The notes beneath the pieces are model-generated. The model worked only from the letters and a program-made list of their open reading frames with translations. It ran no database searches and was not told the DNA's origin. Of a DNA stretch of 32,000 nucleotides, positions 17,706 to 27,616 are shown one piece after another. How positions within the stretch are numbered: the first letter of the stretch is position 1; each line of letters opens with the position of its first letter. The translations under genes were made by a program, and so were the position numbers. This stretch comes from Acidihalobacter ferrooxydans (GTDB lineage Bacteria; Pseudomonadota; Gammaproteobacteria; DSM-5130; Acidihalobacteraceae), in the NCBI RefSeq assembly GCF_001975725.1, contig NZ_CP019434.1:2775322-2807321 (forward strand), read 5' to 3'.

Positions 17706-18436
17706 TCCACCTTGAGTGAAAACACAGGCACTTTGCGGCGCTCCTGCATCAAACCCAGTTCGCTGACCAGAGCAACGACCACCTTGTCTGTGACGCGCTG
17801 CATGTCGCCCCAGTTCATCCGCGCCTCGCCCAGCAACTCGCCGATGTTCGGCGGAGGATTGTGATCCTCTTCCATGATGATGTCTTCGAGCATACCCGGC
17901 TTCATCTCAGGGCGAAACAGGAGTCCGTAGGTATACGGTTCAGGATGGATAGCCAGCCAGTTGCCATCGTCGTCGACCAGAATCGGCTCCATCCCATCCG
18001 GCAGATCGACCGCCCCATGATGCAAGACGAACAGATCCAGTCCGTCCAGAGCCTCGGCCAGGGCATCACCCTCGCCGGCGGGCGTCTTGTGCGCGGTGAC
18101 AAAACCGGCCACGTACTCGGGCTCGGCTCGCGCCGTGCCACCGAGCGCTTCGGCGACTAGAAGCCCGCCCAATCCGATACCCGTGACCGGGCGCTGCGCC
18201 TTACGGAACAACTGAATGACGCGCAGCACGTCGTCATGATAATCCAGCTTCTCATCGTTCGGGGCGCAGGCACCGGCCAGCACGAACAGGCCGTCGAACT
18301 GCCCGACACTGGCTGGAAGCCCCTGATCGAGGAATGGGCGATGGTAGTCGAAACCGATATCACGGCGTTCAAGTTGCTTTTCGATCAGGCCCAGAAATTC
18401 CGAATAGGTATTCTGAACAACCATGTAATTCTTCAT
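17702..18436 (-). CDS. Class I glutamine amidotransferase-like protein, catalytic residues substituted
   Basis: FDGLFVLAG, TGIGLGGLLVAEALGG (cf. GxCxGxQ) and YGLLFRPE (cf. YGxQFHPE) follow the class I GATase scaffold. Confidence 0.75.
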   Translation of the reverse strand: MKNYMVVQNTYSEFLGLIEKQLERRDIGFDYHRPFLDQGLPASVGQFDGLFVLAGACAPNDEKLDYHDDVLRVIQLFRKAQRPVTGIGLGGLLVAEALGGTARAEPEYVAGFVTAHKTPAGEGDALAEALDGLDLFVLHHGAVDLPDGMEPILVDDDGNWLAIHPEPYTYGLLFRPEMKPGMLEDIIMEEDHNPPPNIGELLGEARMNWGDMQRVTDKVVVALVSELGLMQERRKVPVFSLKVE

Positions 18437-18592
18437 CCGACTCTCCTCGCAGACGGTTCAACATGCATTGGAATGAGACGCGATCCGTGAAAGCGGCGGC
18501 CCATCAAAACGGATAACGCGATAGCTCAAAGCATATGCCAGCGACTCATATCGCACGGTGCTATAGAACCCCTGCGTCAATAGGCTCTTTGC

Positions 18593-19507
18593 TCAATCCA
18601 CGCCTGTTGCGGCAGGAACATTGCAGTAACTGCGCGCAAACTCCAGCAACTCCTCCATGGCGCGCAGACGAAATTTCTGCCGCTGGCGAACAAACGAAAA
18701 TGGCCGGGTCAGCGGCGGATCGAGCGGGACGGCCGCCAGCAAGCCCAGACTGAGTTCTTTCGACAAAGAGGCGCGTGACAGGATACTCAAACCCATTCCC
18801 GCTTCCACAGCACCTTTGATCGATTCGGAACTGCCCAGTTCCAGACATTCGTTCATTTCGTTGCGGTCGATCCCCTGTCCGCGGAGATATTCGGTGACCA
18901 CCTCGCGCGTCCCGGAACCTTCCTCGCGGCAGATGAAGGCATACGCGGCAAGATCCTTGGCCGCGACGGACTGGCGCTGCGCCAAGGGATGATCGGCGGG
19001 TACGACCAGCACCATTTCGTCGTCCTGGCAGACCTCGACCAGCAGATTCTTGTTGGCCACCGGCGCCTCCACCACGCCGAGATCGATCACATTGTTCTCG
19101 ACCATCGATACAATGCCTTCGGTGTTGGATACTTTCAGGCGCAGATTAACATCAGGATGATTGGCCTTGAACGTGCCAAGCAACGACGGCAACATGTACT
19201 CGGCGATCGTCGTGCTTGCCCCGACAGTCAGTGCGCCGCTGACATCGCCGGTCAGTTCTTTGATCGCGTTTTCCATCTCGGCGTACAGTTCGAAAATGCG
19301 CTCCCCGAACTGGTATGCCACCTGCCCCGCCTCGGTCAGGCTGACACGATTATGCGTGCGGTCAAACAGGCGGGTATTGAAATGATCTTCCAACTGGCGG
19401 ATCTGGAAGGTCACTGCCGGCTGCGTCATATGCAGCGCATCGGCCGCCTTGGTGAAACTGAGCAACCTGGCGACGGTATAGAAAACTTGCAGTCTACGAT
19501 CTGCCAC
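18593..19507 (-). CDS. LysR family transcriptional regulator
   Basis: N-terminal HTH LQVFYTVARLLSFTKAADALHMTQPAVTFQIRQLEDHFNTRLFDRT, then a substrate-binding domain GALTVGASTTIAEYMLP. GTG start. Confidence 0.93.
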   Translation of the reverse strand: MADRRLQVFYTVARLLSFTKAADALHMTQPAVTFQIRQLEDHFNTRLFDRTHNRVSLTEAGQVAYQFGERIFELYAEMENAIKELTGDVSGALTVGASTTIAEYMLPSLLGTFKANHPDVNLRLKVSNTEGIVSMVENNVIDLGVVEAPVANKNLLVEVCQDDEMVLVVPADHPLAQRQSVAAKDLAAYAFICREEGSGTREVVTEYLRGQGIDRNEMNECLELGSSESIKGAVEAGMGLSILSRASLSKELSLGLLAAVPLDPPLTRPFSFVRQRQKFRLRAMEELLEFARSYCNVPAATGVD

Positions 19508-19805
19508 AGTAAAGACCTCGGGGAGTACTATCCAGGAGCCTGTCGAATCGGGGATATCGGCTGCTGTGAAGAGAAAATCGGGCCATTTTCCGGCCTTTTA
19601 GTTGCTCGGAGCCACCTTGCTCAAAGTTTGGACAACCGGCTTCCAGGTCCCGCTCGCCTCACCTGTCTTCGCCCCGAATAGAACAGGTTCCCGGCAAACT
19701 GATTGGGTCACGCGAGGCGCACGCGAATGCAGGCATACTATCAGTCCACCCTAATCCAGAAAACCATCTTATCCCCATAGATAATTCACCTATCGCGCAG
19801 GACAC

Positions 19806-20375
19806 ATGAAAAAAGCCTGGAAACAACTCGACCTCGACGGCGCCGGACTGCAAGCGCTGAACGCCCACTATACTCAGCAGATGCGTCGACGACCGGTGGC
19901 CTACGCAGCGATGCTGCTTTTCCCGCTTGGCGTCCATCGCTGGTATCTGCGCGAACCGCGCGGCGCCTTGGCATACCTCGGTTTGACCGCAGCCAGCATA
20001 GCCGGCGGCCTGGTGTTCGGACGCCCCGGTTTCGCCATCCCGGCGGTCATCGAACTGGCCTGGGCCATGTTCGATCTGTACTGGGTGGAACAGCGCGTCA
20101 TCGCGCTGAACAAACAATTGCGCATGCAGCAGTTCATGCGCCCTGGTACCGAACCGCCCAAAGATTATCGCGGGCGTTATTCCGACGATGAAGACGGGCT
20201 AGACGCATACCTGAAAGTCAAGGAACGTGAACGAGCCGGTCATCAACCCGCTGACCAGAGCGCAGACCCGCCCCAGAAAGTTCGCCCGAACATGCCTTCG
20301 TTCGCCGAGCAAGAAGCCATGCTGCGCGACCTCACCCGCAAAAACAAAGATCAGCGTAAAAACAAGCCAAAGTAA
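19806..20375 (+). CDS. Small membrane protein, TM2-domain-like
   Basis: Hydrophobic segments LLFPLGVHRWYL...GGLVFGRPGFAIPAVIELAWAMFDLYWV with a charged C-terminus. Confidence 0.6.
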   Translation: MKKAWKQLDLDGAGLQALNAHYTQQMRRRPVAYAAMLLFPLGVHRWYLREPRGALAYLGLTAASIAGGLVFGRPGFAIPAVIELAWAMFDLYWVEQRVIALNKQLRMQQFMRPGTEPPKDYRGRYSDDEDGLDAYLKVKERERAGHQPADQSADPPQKVRPNMPSFAEQEAMLRDLTRKNKDQRKNKPK

Positions 20376-20584
20376 TACGATCCGGGTGAGCGGGGATGAC
20401 GACTCCCCGCTCACGCATCAGTTCAACCCGGATGATCCATTAGAAGAGGCGCCCTTGCTTGATTTTTGACTCCACAGATTGATTCTTCGCACAGGCATCG
20501 CGCCGCGATGCCGCTCACTCGGAATATTCCCTGTGAACCCAAATCTCTGCGCACTCATCACCTCGCCTCATTGGATACCCGGGT

Positions 20585-23500
20585 TCAAACCGTCGCATCA
20601 GGATGCTTGCGATCCTCACGCCGCTGCCACAGGTAATACATCAAGGGGATCACCACCAGAGTCAGCATGGTCGAGGCGAACGTGCCGAAAATCAGTGATA
20701 TAGCCAAACCGCCGAACACCGGATCGCTGACCATGATTGCCGAGCCGAACATGATCGCCAGCGCGGTCAACAGAATCGGACGAAAACGCACCGCGCCAGC
20801 CTCCAGCACCGACTCCGCCAGCGAATAGCCTTCGCGGCGATATTCGAGAATAAAGTCGATCAACAGCAGCGAGTTACGCACCACGATACCTGCCAGAGCG
20901 ATGAAACCGATCATTGATGTGGCGTTGAACGGCATATGGAACAACCAGTGTCCGGGGAAAATGCCGATCAGGGTCAACGGAATCGCGCCCATTACGATAA
21001 CCGGCAGCATGAACGACTGGTAGTACGCGACCAGCAGCAGGTAAATGAAGACCAGAGCCACGATGAAGGCCGCACCCAGATCGCGGAACACATTCAGTGT
21101 CAGCCGCATGTCACCACCCCACAGCAACTGATAGTGGGTGATATCGTTCGGCTGTGCGCTCATGAAACCGAGATTCGACGTTGTCAGGTGCACCCCGTTG
21201 GGCAGCGTCACGTTGTCGAGCATCTTGTTCAGCGTCAGCGTGGCGTAGACGGGGCTGGCATTGAGCATATCGCCCATGACATAGACCACCGGATGCTGGT
21301 CGCGGGTCATGATCGGCTTGGCCACACTGGACGGCTCGATATGCACGATGCCGGCCAGCGAAACCTGCTTGCCCTGCCGGTTGGTGATCGTCAGATCCTG
21401 GATCTGTTGAATCCAGGCGCGGTCCGCCCGCTTGAGACGCACGACGATTTTGACCGGTTCCGGCGAATGCTGTTCACGCAGTGTGCCGATGTCGGCGCCG
21501 ACGACGTAGTCATGCACCAATTTGGCGACCTGCGCCGGAGCCACGCCGGCCAGCATGGCTTTGCGCTGATCGACGCGAATCAGATACTCCGGCGCCGTTG
21601 CGGTAACCGAATCATCGATATTGATGACGCCGTAGGCCTTGTGGAAATCCGCCTCGATAATTTTTGCCGTCGAGCGCAGTTTTGCGTAATTCGGCCCATA
21701 GAGTTCAGCCAGCACCTGCGCACGTACCGGCGGACCCGGCGGTGTCATGTACAGCTTGATATGCGCATGCGGGAAGGCCTTGCGTACCGGTTTGAGCGCG
21801 TTCCAGACGCCGGTCGCAACCACGCTGGTATGCGGTCGCCCATGACGGCCAACGATGTTGACGACGATCTGCGCCAGGTTTGAGCCACGACGCATCGCGT
21901 CGCCACGCACCATGCCGGCAAAACTCAACGGGCCGGTGCGACCGAGATAGGTTTCGTAATTCTTGACGTAACGATCTCGCGAGAGCACCTGACCGACCGC
22001 GAGGGCCACCCGGTTGGTTGCGTCCAGTGCCGTGCCGGCCGGCGTATCGACCTCGATGGTGAACGTGCTCACGTTGCCGTCGGGCAGCATCTGCAAATTC
22101 ACACCCAGCGGACTGATCGGCCCATTCATGCCAGAAGGACGAATAAACTGCCACAACGGCATCAGCATCGACAGCACCAGCAGCACGATGACCACGAGGA
22201 AGAACACGTTGCGCTTGCCGCGACCACGCAACAGCGGCCCCACGACCGCCACATAGCTGCGATGCAGCCAGTCCTTGGCCTGCGGCTCGTCTTCCAGTGT
22301 CTGCCGGTGGGCAATTGCCTTGAGCGCCTTGCCTTTGAGCCAGCGATAGGCGGTCCACGGCACCACGATGTAGGCCAGCACCAGGGACGCGATCATGGCC
22401 ACCGGCACATTGATCGGGATCGGGCGCATGAACGGCCCCATCATGCCGGAGACGAAGGCCATCGGCACGAAGGCCAGGATCACCGCGATGGTCGCGATGT
22501 TGGTCGGATTGCCGATTTCGTTGGTGGCATCGACCAGCAGGGCGCCGAAGTCCTTGCCGCCAGCGCCGTGATGCACATGGCGATGAATGTTCTCGATCAC
22601 CACGATGGCCGCGTCGACCATCAGACCGAGCGAAAGGATCAGAGCGAATAGCGAGATACGGTTGATCGTCTGCCCGATCATCCAGCCCACGCCCAGGACC
22701 ACGAACAAGGTCAGCGGCACGGTCATCGTGACGATGATCGCCTCGCGCCAACCCAGGAAAAACAGCAGGATAAATGACACCACCGCGATGGCAATGAGCA
22801 AATGCTCCATCAGCGTGTTGACCGCATCATTGGCCCGGCTGCCATAATCGCGCGTGACCGTGACATGCACACCCTGCGGCAAGGCATCGCGTTCGAGCTG
22901 ATGCAGCTTGCTCAGCACATTGTTGGCGACCGTCACGGCATTGGCACCCGCCCGCTTGCCGATCGCCAGCGTCACCGCCTGGCGCGGATCGCCGACCCGC
23001 ACGCCGGGCGTTGCCGGCCCATAGGTCAGGCTCGTGAATTGATTGTCATTCAACGGCCCTATGCTGACCGTGGCGACATCCTTCAGATACACCGGCTTGT
23101 GATTGGCCTGCCCGACGATCAGATCGCCCAACTGGCCGATCCCGCTGAATGCCGCGTTGACACGCAGCGCATACTGCTTGTTGCTGTTGACCAGATCGCC
23201 AGCCGGCATTACCACGTTGGAGGCCTTGAGCAACTTGATCACAGCGCTCATGCTCAGCCCGGCGTTCGCCAGCCGATGGGGATCGATGTTGATCCGCACG
23301 GCCTTGCGCTGACCACCGATCACCGTGCTGTTGCCAACGTCAGGCACGCTGCGCAGTTGTTCGAGAAAACGCTCGCCCAGTTCACGCAACTGCATGCCGT
23401 TGAGCGTGTTCGAACTCAGCGTCACGCCCAGCACCGGCACGTCGTTGATTCCGATGCTCTTGACCAGGGGCTGCATGGTGCCCGGTGGCAGCCGGTCCAT

Positions 23501-23881
23501 ATTGCGCGATAACTGGTTATAGAGCAGCAGCAGGCTCTGCTCCTCGTTGGCGCCAACGTGGAACTGCACGGTCACCACGCCCATGTCGTTGACCGCATAG
23601 CCGTAGGTGTGCTCCACGCCCTTGAGGCTCGCCATCAGCGCCTCCAGCGGGCGCACGACCTGGTTCTGTATTTCGCTCGGCGAATCGCCGGGCCGCATCA
23701 CGTAAATCGACGCCGCCGGCACCACGATTTCCGGGTTGTAAAGTCGCGGCGTCACGCTGATCGCCATCAGGCCGAACAGCGTCAGCGCCAGCATGATCAA
23801 CGCGGTGATCTTGGAACTCAGAAAGCTCTTGGCCAGCCGCCCAGCCAGATTGAGCGGCGTATTACCGTCCGCTGCGCTCAT
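20585..23881 (-). CDS. RND family multidrug efflux transporter permease subunit
   Basis: 1098 aa with AcrB-like features (VTPRLYNPEIVVPAASIYVMRPGDSPSEIQNQVVRPLE, LGLMVDAAIVVIENIHRH, GIVVRNSLLLIDFI). Overlaps the adaptor gene by 4 nt. Confidence 0.94.
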   Translation of the reverse strand: MSAADGNTPLNLAGRLAKSFLSSKITALIMLALTLFGLMAISVTPRLYNPEIVVPAASIYVMRPGDSPSEIQNQVVRPLEALMASLKGVEHTYGYAVNDMGVVTVQFHVGANEEQSLLLLYNQLSRNMDRLPPGTMQPLVKSIGINDVPVLGVTLSSNTLNGMQLRELGERFLEQLRSVPDVGNSTVIGGQRKAVRINIDPHRLANAGLSMSAVIKLLKASNVVMPAGDLVNSNKQYALRVNAAFSGIGQLGDLIVGQANHKPVYLKDVATVSIGPLNDNQFTSLTYGPATPGVRVGDPRQAVTLAIGKRAGANAVTVANNVLSKLHQLERDALPQGVHVTVTRDYGSRANDAVNTLMEHLLIAIAVVSFILLFFLGWREAIIVTMTVPLTLFVVLGVGWMIGQTINRISLFALILSLGLMVDAAIVVIENIHRHVHHGAGGKDFGALLVDATNEIGNPTNIATIAVILAFVPMAFVSGMMGPFMRPIPINVPVAMIASLVLAYIVVPWTAYRWLKGKALKAIAHRQTLEDEPQAKDWLHRSYVAVVGPLLRGRGKRNVFFLVVIVLLVLSMLMPLWQFIRPSGMNGPISPLGVNLQMLPDGNVSTFTIEVDTPAGTALDATNRVALAVGQVLSRDRYVKNYETYLGRTGPLSFAGMVRGDAMRRGSNLAQIVVNIVGRHGRPHTSVVATGVWNALKPVRKAFPHAHIKLYMTPPGPPVRAQVLAELYGPNYAKLRSTAKIIEADFHKAYGVINIDDSVTATAPEYLIRVDQRKAMLAGVAPAQVAKLVHDYVVGADIGTLREQHSPEPVKIVVRLKRADRAWIQQIQDLTITNRQGKQVSLAGIVHIEPSSVAKPIMTRDQHPVVYVMGDMLNASPVYATLTLNKMLDNVTLPNGVHLTTSNLGFMSAQPNDITHYQLLWGGDMRLTLNVFRDLGAAFIVALVFIYLLLVAYYQSFMLPVIVMGAIPLTLIGIFPGHWLFHMPFNATSMIGFIALAGIVVRNSLLLIDFILEYRREGYSLAESVLEAGAVRFRPILLTALAIMFGSAIMVSDPVFGGLAISLIFGTFASTMLTLVVIPLMYYLWQRREDRKHPDATV

Positions 23882-24969
23882 GCCCCGTCACCCTTGATCT
23901 TGACACCGTTGAACAGATCGCCCTGTGCGCTGGTCACAACGCGGTCACCCGCCACCAGACCTGCGAGCACAACCACCTTGTCGCCCATCTTTTCGCCCAG
24001 CCGCACCATATGGAATGCCGCCAGACCCTTCTTGCCGACGACGAACACCCCCTCGATGCCGGCGCGTCTGCGCACGGCTGACTCAGGCACGAGAATGCCC
24101 GACTGGTCGCCGAGGCTGACCCGCACGCGGGCATAGTCGCCACTGGTCGCGCCGCTGTTCTCCGGCAAGCCGATCTTGACGGTATGGGTGTGCGTCATCG
24201 GGTCGGCCGCACTGACCATGCGCTCGACGATACCCTGCACCGTATGCGGCTTGAAATCGGCGCCATCAAACGTCACCGGAATTGATTGCCCCAGATGCAG
24301 ATGACCGAAAGCCTGGCTATCGACCTGCACCTGCACCTGCATGTGCCCCGAACTCTGCAGCGTCAGCAGCGGTTGGCCGGGCGTCGCCAACTGTCCGGCA
24401 TCGATCATCTTGCTCACCACTACGCCCGCGAACGGGGCGCGCACATCGGAGTAACTCCATTGCGAATTCGCAGTACGCAGGGCCGACTGCGCAGAGGCGA
24501 GATTGCCCTTGGCGACCTTGTAGGCCAACTCGAATTGCTGAAACTGCTGTTCCGGAACCGCATTCTGCTGGTACAGCGCCTGATAGCGGTCATAGTTCGC
24601 CTTGGCCTCGGACAACGCCGCCTGCGCCTTGGCGACAGCCGCCTTGGCCTGCTGGATGGCATTGAACGCCTCGTTCGGGTCGATCCTGAGCAAAAGCGCG
24701 CCCTGCTTCACCTGCTGGCCCTCATGCACATACACTTTGCGCACGTAGCCTGTCAGGCGCGATGCAATCTGCACCTGATCCGAGGAAGACACACTGCCAG
24801 GGAACGTCGCATAGATCGGCAGCGATTGCGTGTTTAGAGTGACGACCTGCGCGTTGATTTGCGCGGTGGCACCCTGCGTCTTTGCCGTATCCGTCGAGGA
24901 ATGCCCGCAACCCGCCAACGCCACGGCCATGCCGGCCACCGTCAACCATCCGAATATCCGTTTCTGCAT
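23878..24969 (-). CDS. RND efflux periplasmic adaptor (membrane fusion protein), lipoprotein
   Basis: Lipobox AVALAGCGHSS; YVRKVYVHEGQQVKQGALLLRIDP, VRAPFAGVVVSKMIDAGQLATPGQPLLTL. ATG 24969. Confidence 0.92.
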   Translation of the reverse strand: MQKRIFGWLTVAGMAVALAGCGHSSTDTAKTQGATAQINAQVVTLNTQSLPIYATFPGSVSSSDQVQIASRLTGYVRKVYVHEGQQVKQGALLLRIDPNEAFNAIQQAKAAVAKAQAALSEAKANYDRYQALYQQNAVPEQQFQQFELAYKVAKGNLASAQSALRTANSQWSYSDVRAPFAGVVVSKMIDAGQLATPGQPLLTLQSSGHMQVQVQVDSQAFGHLHLGQSIPVTFDGADFKPHTVQGIVERMVSAADPMTHTHTVKIGLPENSGATSGDYARVRVSLGDQSGILVPESAVRRRAGIEGVFVVGKKGLAAFHMVRLGEKMGDKVVVLAGLVAGDRVVTSAQGDLFNGVKIKGDGA

Positions 24970-25007
24970 TGTTTTATCACCCAAACCTGAAAGATTGAAT
25001 GCGCACG

Positions 25008-26432
25008 TCAAGATGCGCGGGCGCTGATCGCATGCGGCGTCAGACGGCCAATACCCAGCAACAGGCCTGCTCGCTGCATGATTTCCTGATATTGAGCCTT
25101 CACCAGATCGCCTCGCGCCTTGTCCAGTTCTGCCTGTGTCGCCAACAGTTCCGTCATCGTCGCCACGCCTTTTTCGTAGCGCAGCCGTTCCAGCCGCAAC
25201 GCCTCTTTGGACTGCCTGATGGCCAACTTGCGTACCTGCACCCGCTCTTTCGCCAGACGCACGTCATGCCAGGCCGAATTGATCTTCAGTCGCAACTGGT
25301 CCTGCGCCGAGCGCAGTTTTGCCGTCTGCAGATTGGTTTTTGCCTGCGCCTGATCGAGCGCGCCGCTGCGCGCGCCGAAGTCGAACAGATTCCACGTCAG
25401 CACGCCGGCTACCGTGCTTGACGGACGCCCGCCAATGCCGAACGACGCATCATCCCACTGATGACTGACCACGATATTGAAGTGCGGCAGATAATCCGCC
25501 TGCGCCGCTTGCACACCGGCCTGGGCACCCTGCAACTGCAAACCGAGTGCGCGAATCCCCGGGTTGTCAACCAACGCTTCGCGCTGCAATTCAGCCAGCG
25601 ACGCATCCGGCACCTTCACGTGAAGAGCCTGCGCCACCTTGATCGGCTCGCTGTCCGGCAGCCCTGTCAGCACCCGCAGTTGTTCGATCGCCTTGGCCAG
25701 TTGCGCGCGCGCTTCGCTAGCACGCAATTTTGCGTTGCCCAGATTCAAATCGGCGCGCAACTGATCGTTGCGCGAAACCACGCCGCGCTTATACAGCTTA
25801 TTGGTAATCTGCACATAAGATTCAGCCGCCGCCTCGGCCTTGTTGGCAACACCGACAAACGCCTGCGCTGCCCGCACACCCTCGTAGGCCTGCAACACCT
25901 GTAGCGTCAGCTTCTGGCGCGCCGCCGTATCGCCGCTGCGCGCTGCGCTCAAATACGCCTGCGCCTTGTGCAGATAGGCCCAGACCTTCCCGCCGTTGTA
26001 GACCGGAATCTGCAACTGCACCTTGCTCTCGTAGTTTCGATACCAGCCCGGATCGTTCAGGTTGGCAGGCTTGTTGAACAACGATGCCGGGCCGGTGTAC
26101 CCACCCGCGCCAAAATCGTTATAGGTTGCGTTCCCCTGCTGCAACTTCATTCCGAACACATTCAAGCCGTTGTTCGACCCGCTACCGGTGAACGAAGCGT
26201 CCAGTTTCGGCAGCAGATGTCCCCGCGCCTCCTTGACAGCGCCGGTCGCCTCCGCCACCTGCGCCCTTGCTTTGAGCATTGCGGGCGTTTGCGCAAGCGC
26301 TGCCGCCCATGCCTGCTCGAAAGTCAATGTGCCGGCCGGAGCCTGAGCGGCGACCGCACTGCCGCCCCACAGACCCACCACCAGCAAACCGGCCACACTG
26401 AGTGTTCGAGAGTAATTCACTGCTATGCGCAT
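25008..26432 (-). CDS. TolC family outer membrane efflux protein
   Basis: Signal peptide followed by TolC-like repeats (LTFEQAWAAALAQTPAMLKARAQVAEATGAVKEARGHLLPKLDA); first gene of the RND operon. ATG 26432. Confidence 0.9.
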   Translation of the reverse strand: MRIAVNYSRTLSVAGLLVVGLWGGSAVAAQAPAGTLTFEQAWAAALAQTPAMLKARAQVAEATGAVKEARGHLLPKLDASFTGSGSNNGLNVFGMKLQQGNATYNDFGAGGYTGPASLFNKPANLNDPGWYRNYESKVQLQIPVYNGGKVWAYLHKAQAYLSAARSGDTAARQKLTLQVLQAYEGVRAAQAFVGVANKAEAAAESYVQITNKLYKRGVVSRNDQLRADLNLGNAKLRASEARAQLAKAIEQLRVLTGLPDSEPIKVAQALHVKVPDASLAELQREALVDNPGIRALGLQLQGAQAGVQAAQADYLPHFNIVVSHQWDDASFGIGGRPSSTVAGVLTWNLFDFGARSGALDQAQAKTNLQTAKLRSAQDQLRLKINSAWHDVRLAKERVQVRKLAIRQSKEALRLERLRYEKGVATMTELLATQAELDKARGDLVKAQYQEIMQRAGLLLGIGRLTPHAISARAS

Positions 26433-26604
26433 ACATTCATTCCCGATAACTTGAACCCGGTACCCGTACTCCATCGCGGATCATCCGGGTTGGAAAAAAC
26501 ACCCGGCGCATACTGCCGCGCCGGGCCGACACACAAGTGTACAACCCTGACCGACGGCGCGCAGACACGCAATTGGGAACGGCGAGGCTCCCATAACGGT
26601 TGCA

Positions 26605-26634
26605 TATTAGAAATTAATTATATTCTTATAGTCA
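26605..26634 (-). promoter_or_regulatory. Candidate sigma-70 promoter for the tolC-adaptor-RND operon
   Basis: Minus strand TTGACT (26634-26629), 18-nt spacer, TCTAAT (26610-26605), in a locally AT-rich intergenic segment. Confidence 0.4.
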
Positions 26635-26756
26635 AGCTTTACCGCCACATCGCTGCTCTCGCTCATCGACAAACAATTTGTATCCACACGGAGTTTGCTA
26701 AACTTCCCCACTCACCGACCATCTGTTCACCCCTTGCTGCGGAGGCTGTTCAAGCC

Positions 26757-27212
26757 ATGAAGCTCCGGACCGTGATCATCGGCACGTTTAGCGTCGCCCT
26801 GCTGACATTTGCCATGACTGCCCACGCGAAAATCTATCGCTGGGTCGGCGCTGATGGTGTGGTCCATTTCTCGCAGCTCCCACCCGACAACGGGCAGAAA
26901 GCGACGCAAATCTCTGACACGCCAATCTCTGTCACGTCGGGTCCGCCTGCCGCAGCGACAAGCACGACAAAGGCGCCCGCGAGCGGCAAAGACAATACCC
27001 AGCAGGCCGCCAGCCAGAAAAAAAACGCCCAGACCAACACCGCGAGCGTGCAGCGCGCCTGCGCGGCGGCGCGCACCAATCTTACGGCCCTGCAGTCTGG
27101 CAAACGCGTAAAGGAACGGTTGCCTGACGGCACCACGAAATGGTTGGACGAGGCGCAACGTACAAAACGTCTGCAGCAAACCCGCAGTTTCATCGACAAG
27201 CACTGCAAATAA
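26757..27212 (+). CDS. DUF4124 domain-containing secreted protein
   Basis: Signal peptide MKLRTVIIGTFSVALLTFAMTAHA followed by KIYRWVGADGVVHFSQLPP, typical of DUF4124. Confidence 0.85.
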   Translation: MKLRTVIIGTFSVALLTFAMTAHAKIYRWVGADGVVHFSQLPPDNGQKATQISDTPISVTSGPPAAATSTTKAPASGKDNTQQAASQKKNAQTNTASVQRACAAARTNLTALQSGKRVKERLPDGTTKWLDEAQRTKRLQQTRSFIDKHCK

Positions 27213-27215
27213 GCC

Positions 27216-27560
27216 ATGCCCCTGCTCAGCATTGAAACCAATCATGCGCTCCCGCCGGACGCGGCCGAGGCCCTGCTCGTCGCAGCATCACGCCGCCTCG
27301 CAGAACTTCTCGGGAAACCCGAGCGTTATGTCATGGTGCGTCTCACGCACAACCCGATGATGCGTTTTGGCGGCTCCGCGGCGCCACTGGCTTACCTTGA
27401 ATGCAAGAGCCTGGGTCTGCCGGAGCAGCGCACGACCGAACTGTCTGCCGCACTCTGCGAACTGCTGGCTGACCATGCCGCCATCCCGGCAGCACGCATC
27501 TACATCGAATTTGCCGCACCGCAACGGCATCTGTGGGGTTACGACGGCGCGACATTCTGA
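27216..27560 (+). CDS. MIF/tautomerase family protein
   Basis: MPLLSIETN with Pro2; MVRLTHNPMMRFGGSAAPLAYLECKSLG; RIYIEFAAPQRHLWGYDGATF. Confidence 0.83.
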   Translation: MPLLSIETNHALPPDAAEALLVAASRRLAELLGKPERYVMVRLTHNPMMRFGGSAAPLAYLECKSLGLPEQRTTELSAALCELLADHAAIPAARIYIEFAAPQRHLWGYDGATF

Positions 27561-27616
27561 TCTGCACACTTCGATCATAGCCCACATTTTCTCTATCTTT
27601 ATCAAGGATTTTTACA

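Noticed and set aside
20936-21883. 315-aa plus-strand ORF antisense to the RND permease (and 22262-22651, 22802-23512)
   Set aside because: Antisense to a confidently identified RND gene, with low-complexity HDQR-rich composition typical of spurious frames.
21705-22751. 348-aa minus-strand ORF in another frame of the RND permease gene
   Set aside because: Alternate-frame ORF inside a well-supported gene, with Gly/Arg/Asp-rich out-of-frame composition.
24999-25904. Plus-strand ORFs antisense to tolC
   Set aside because: No domain, overlapping a well-supported TolC family gene.
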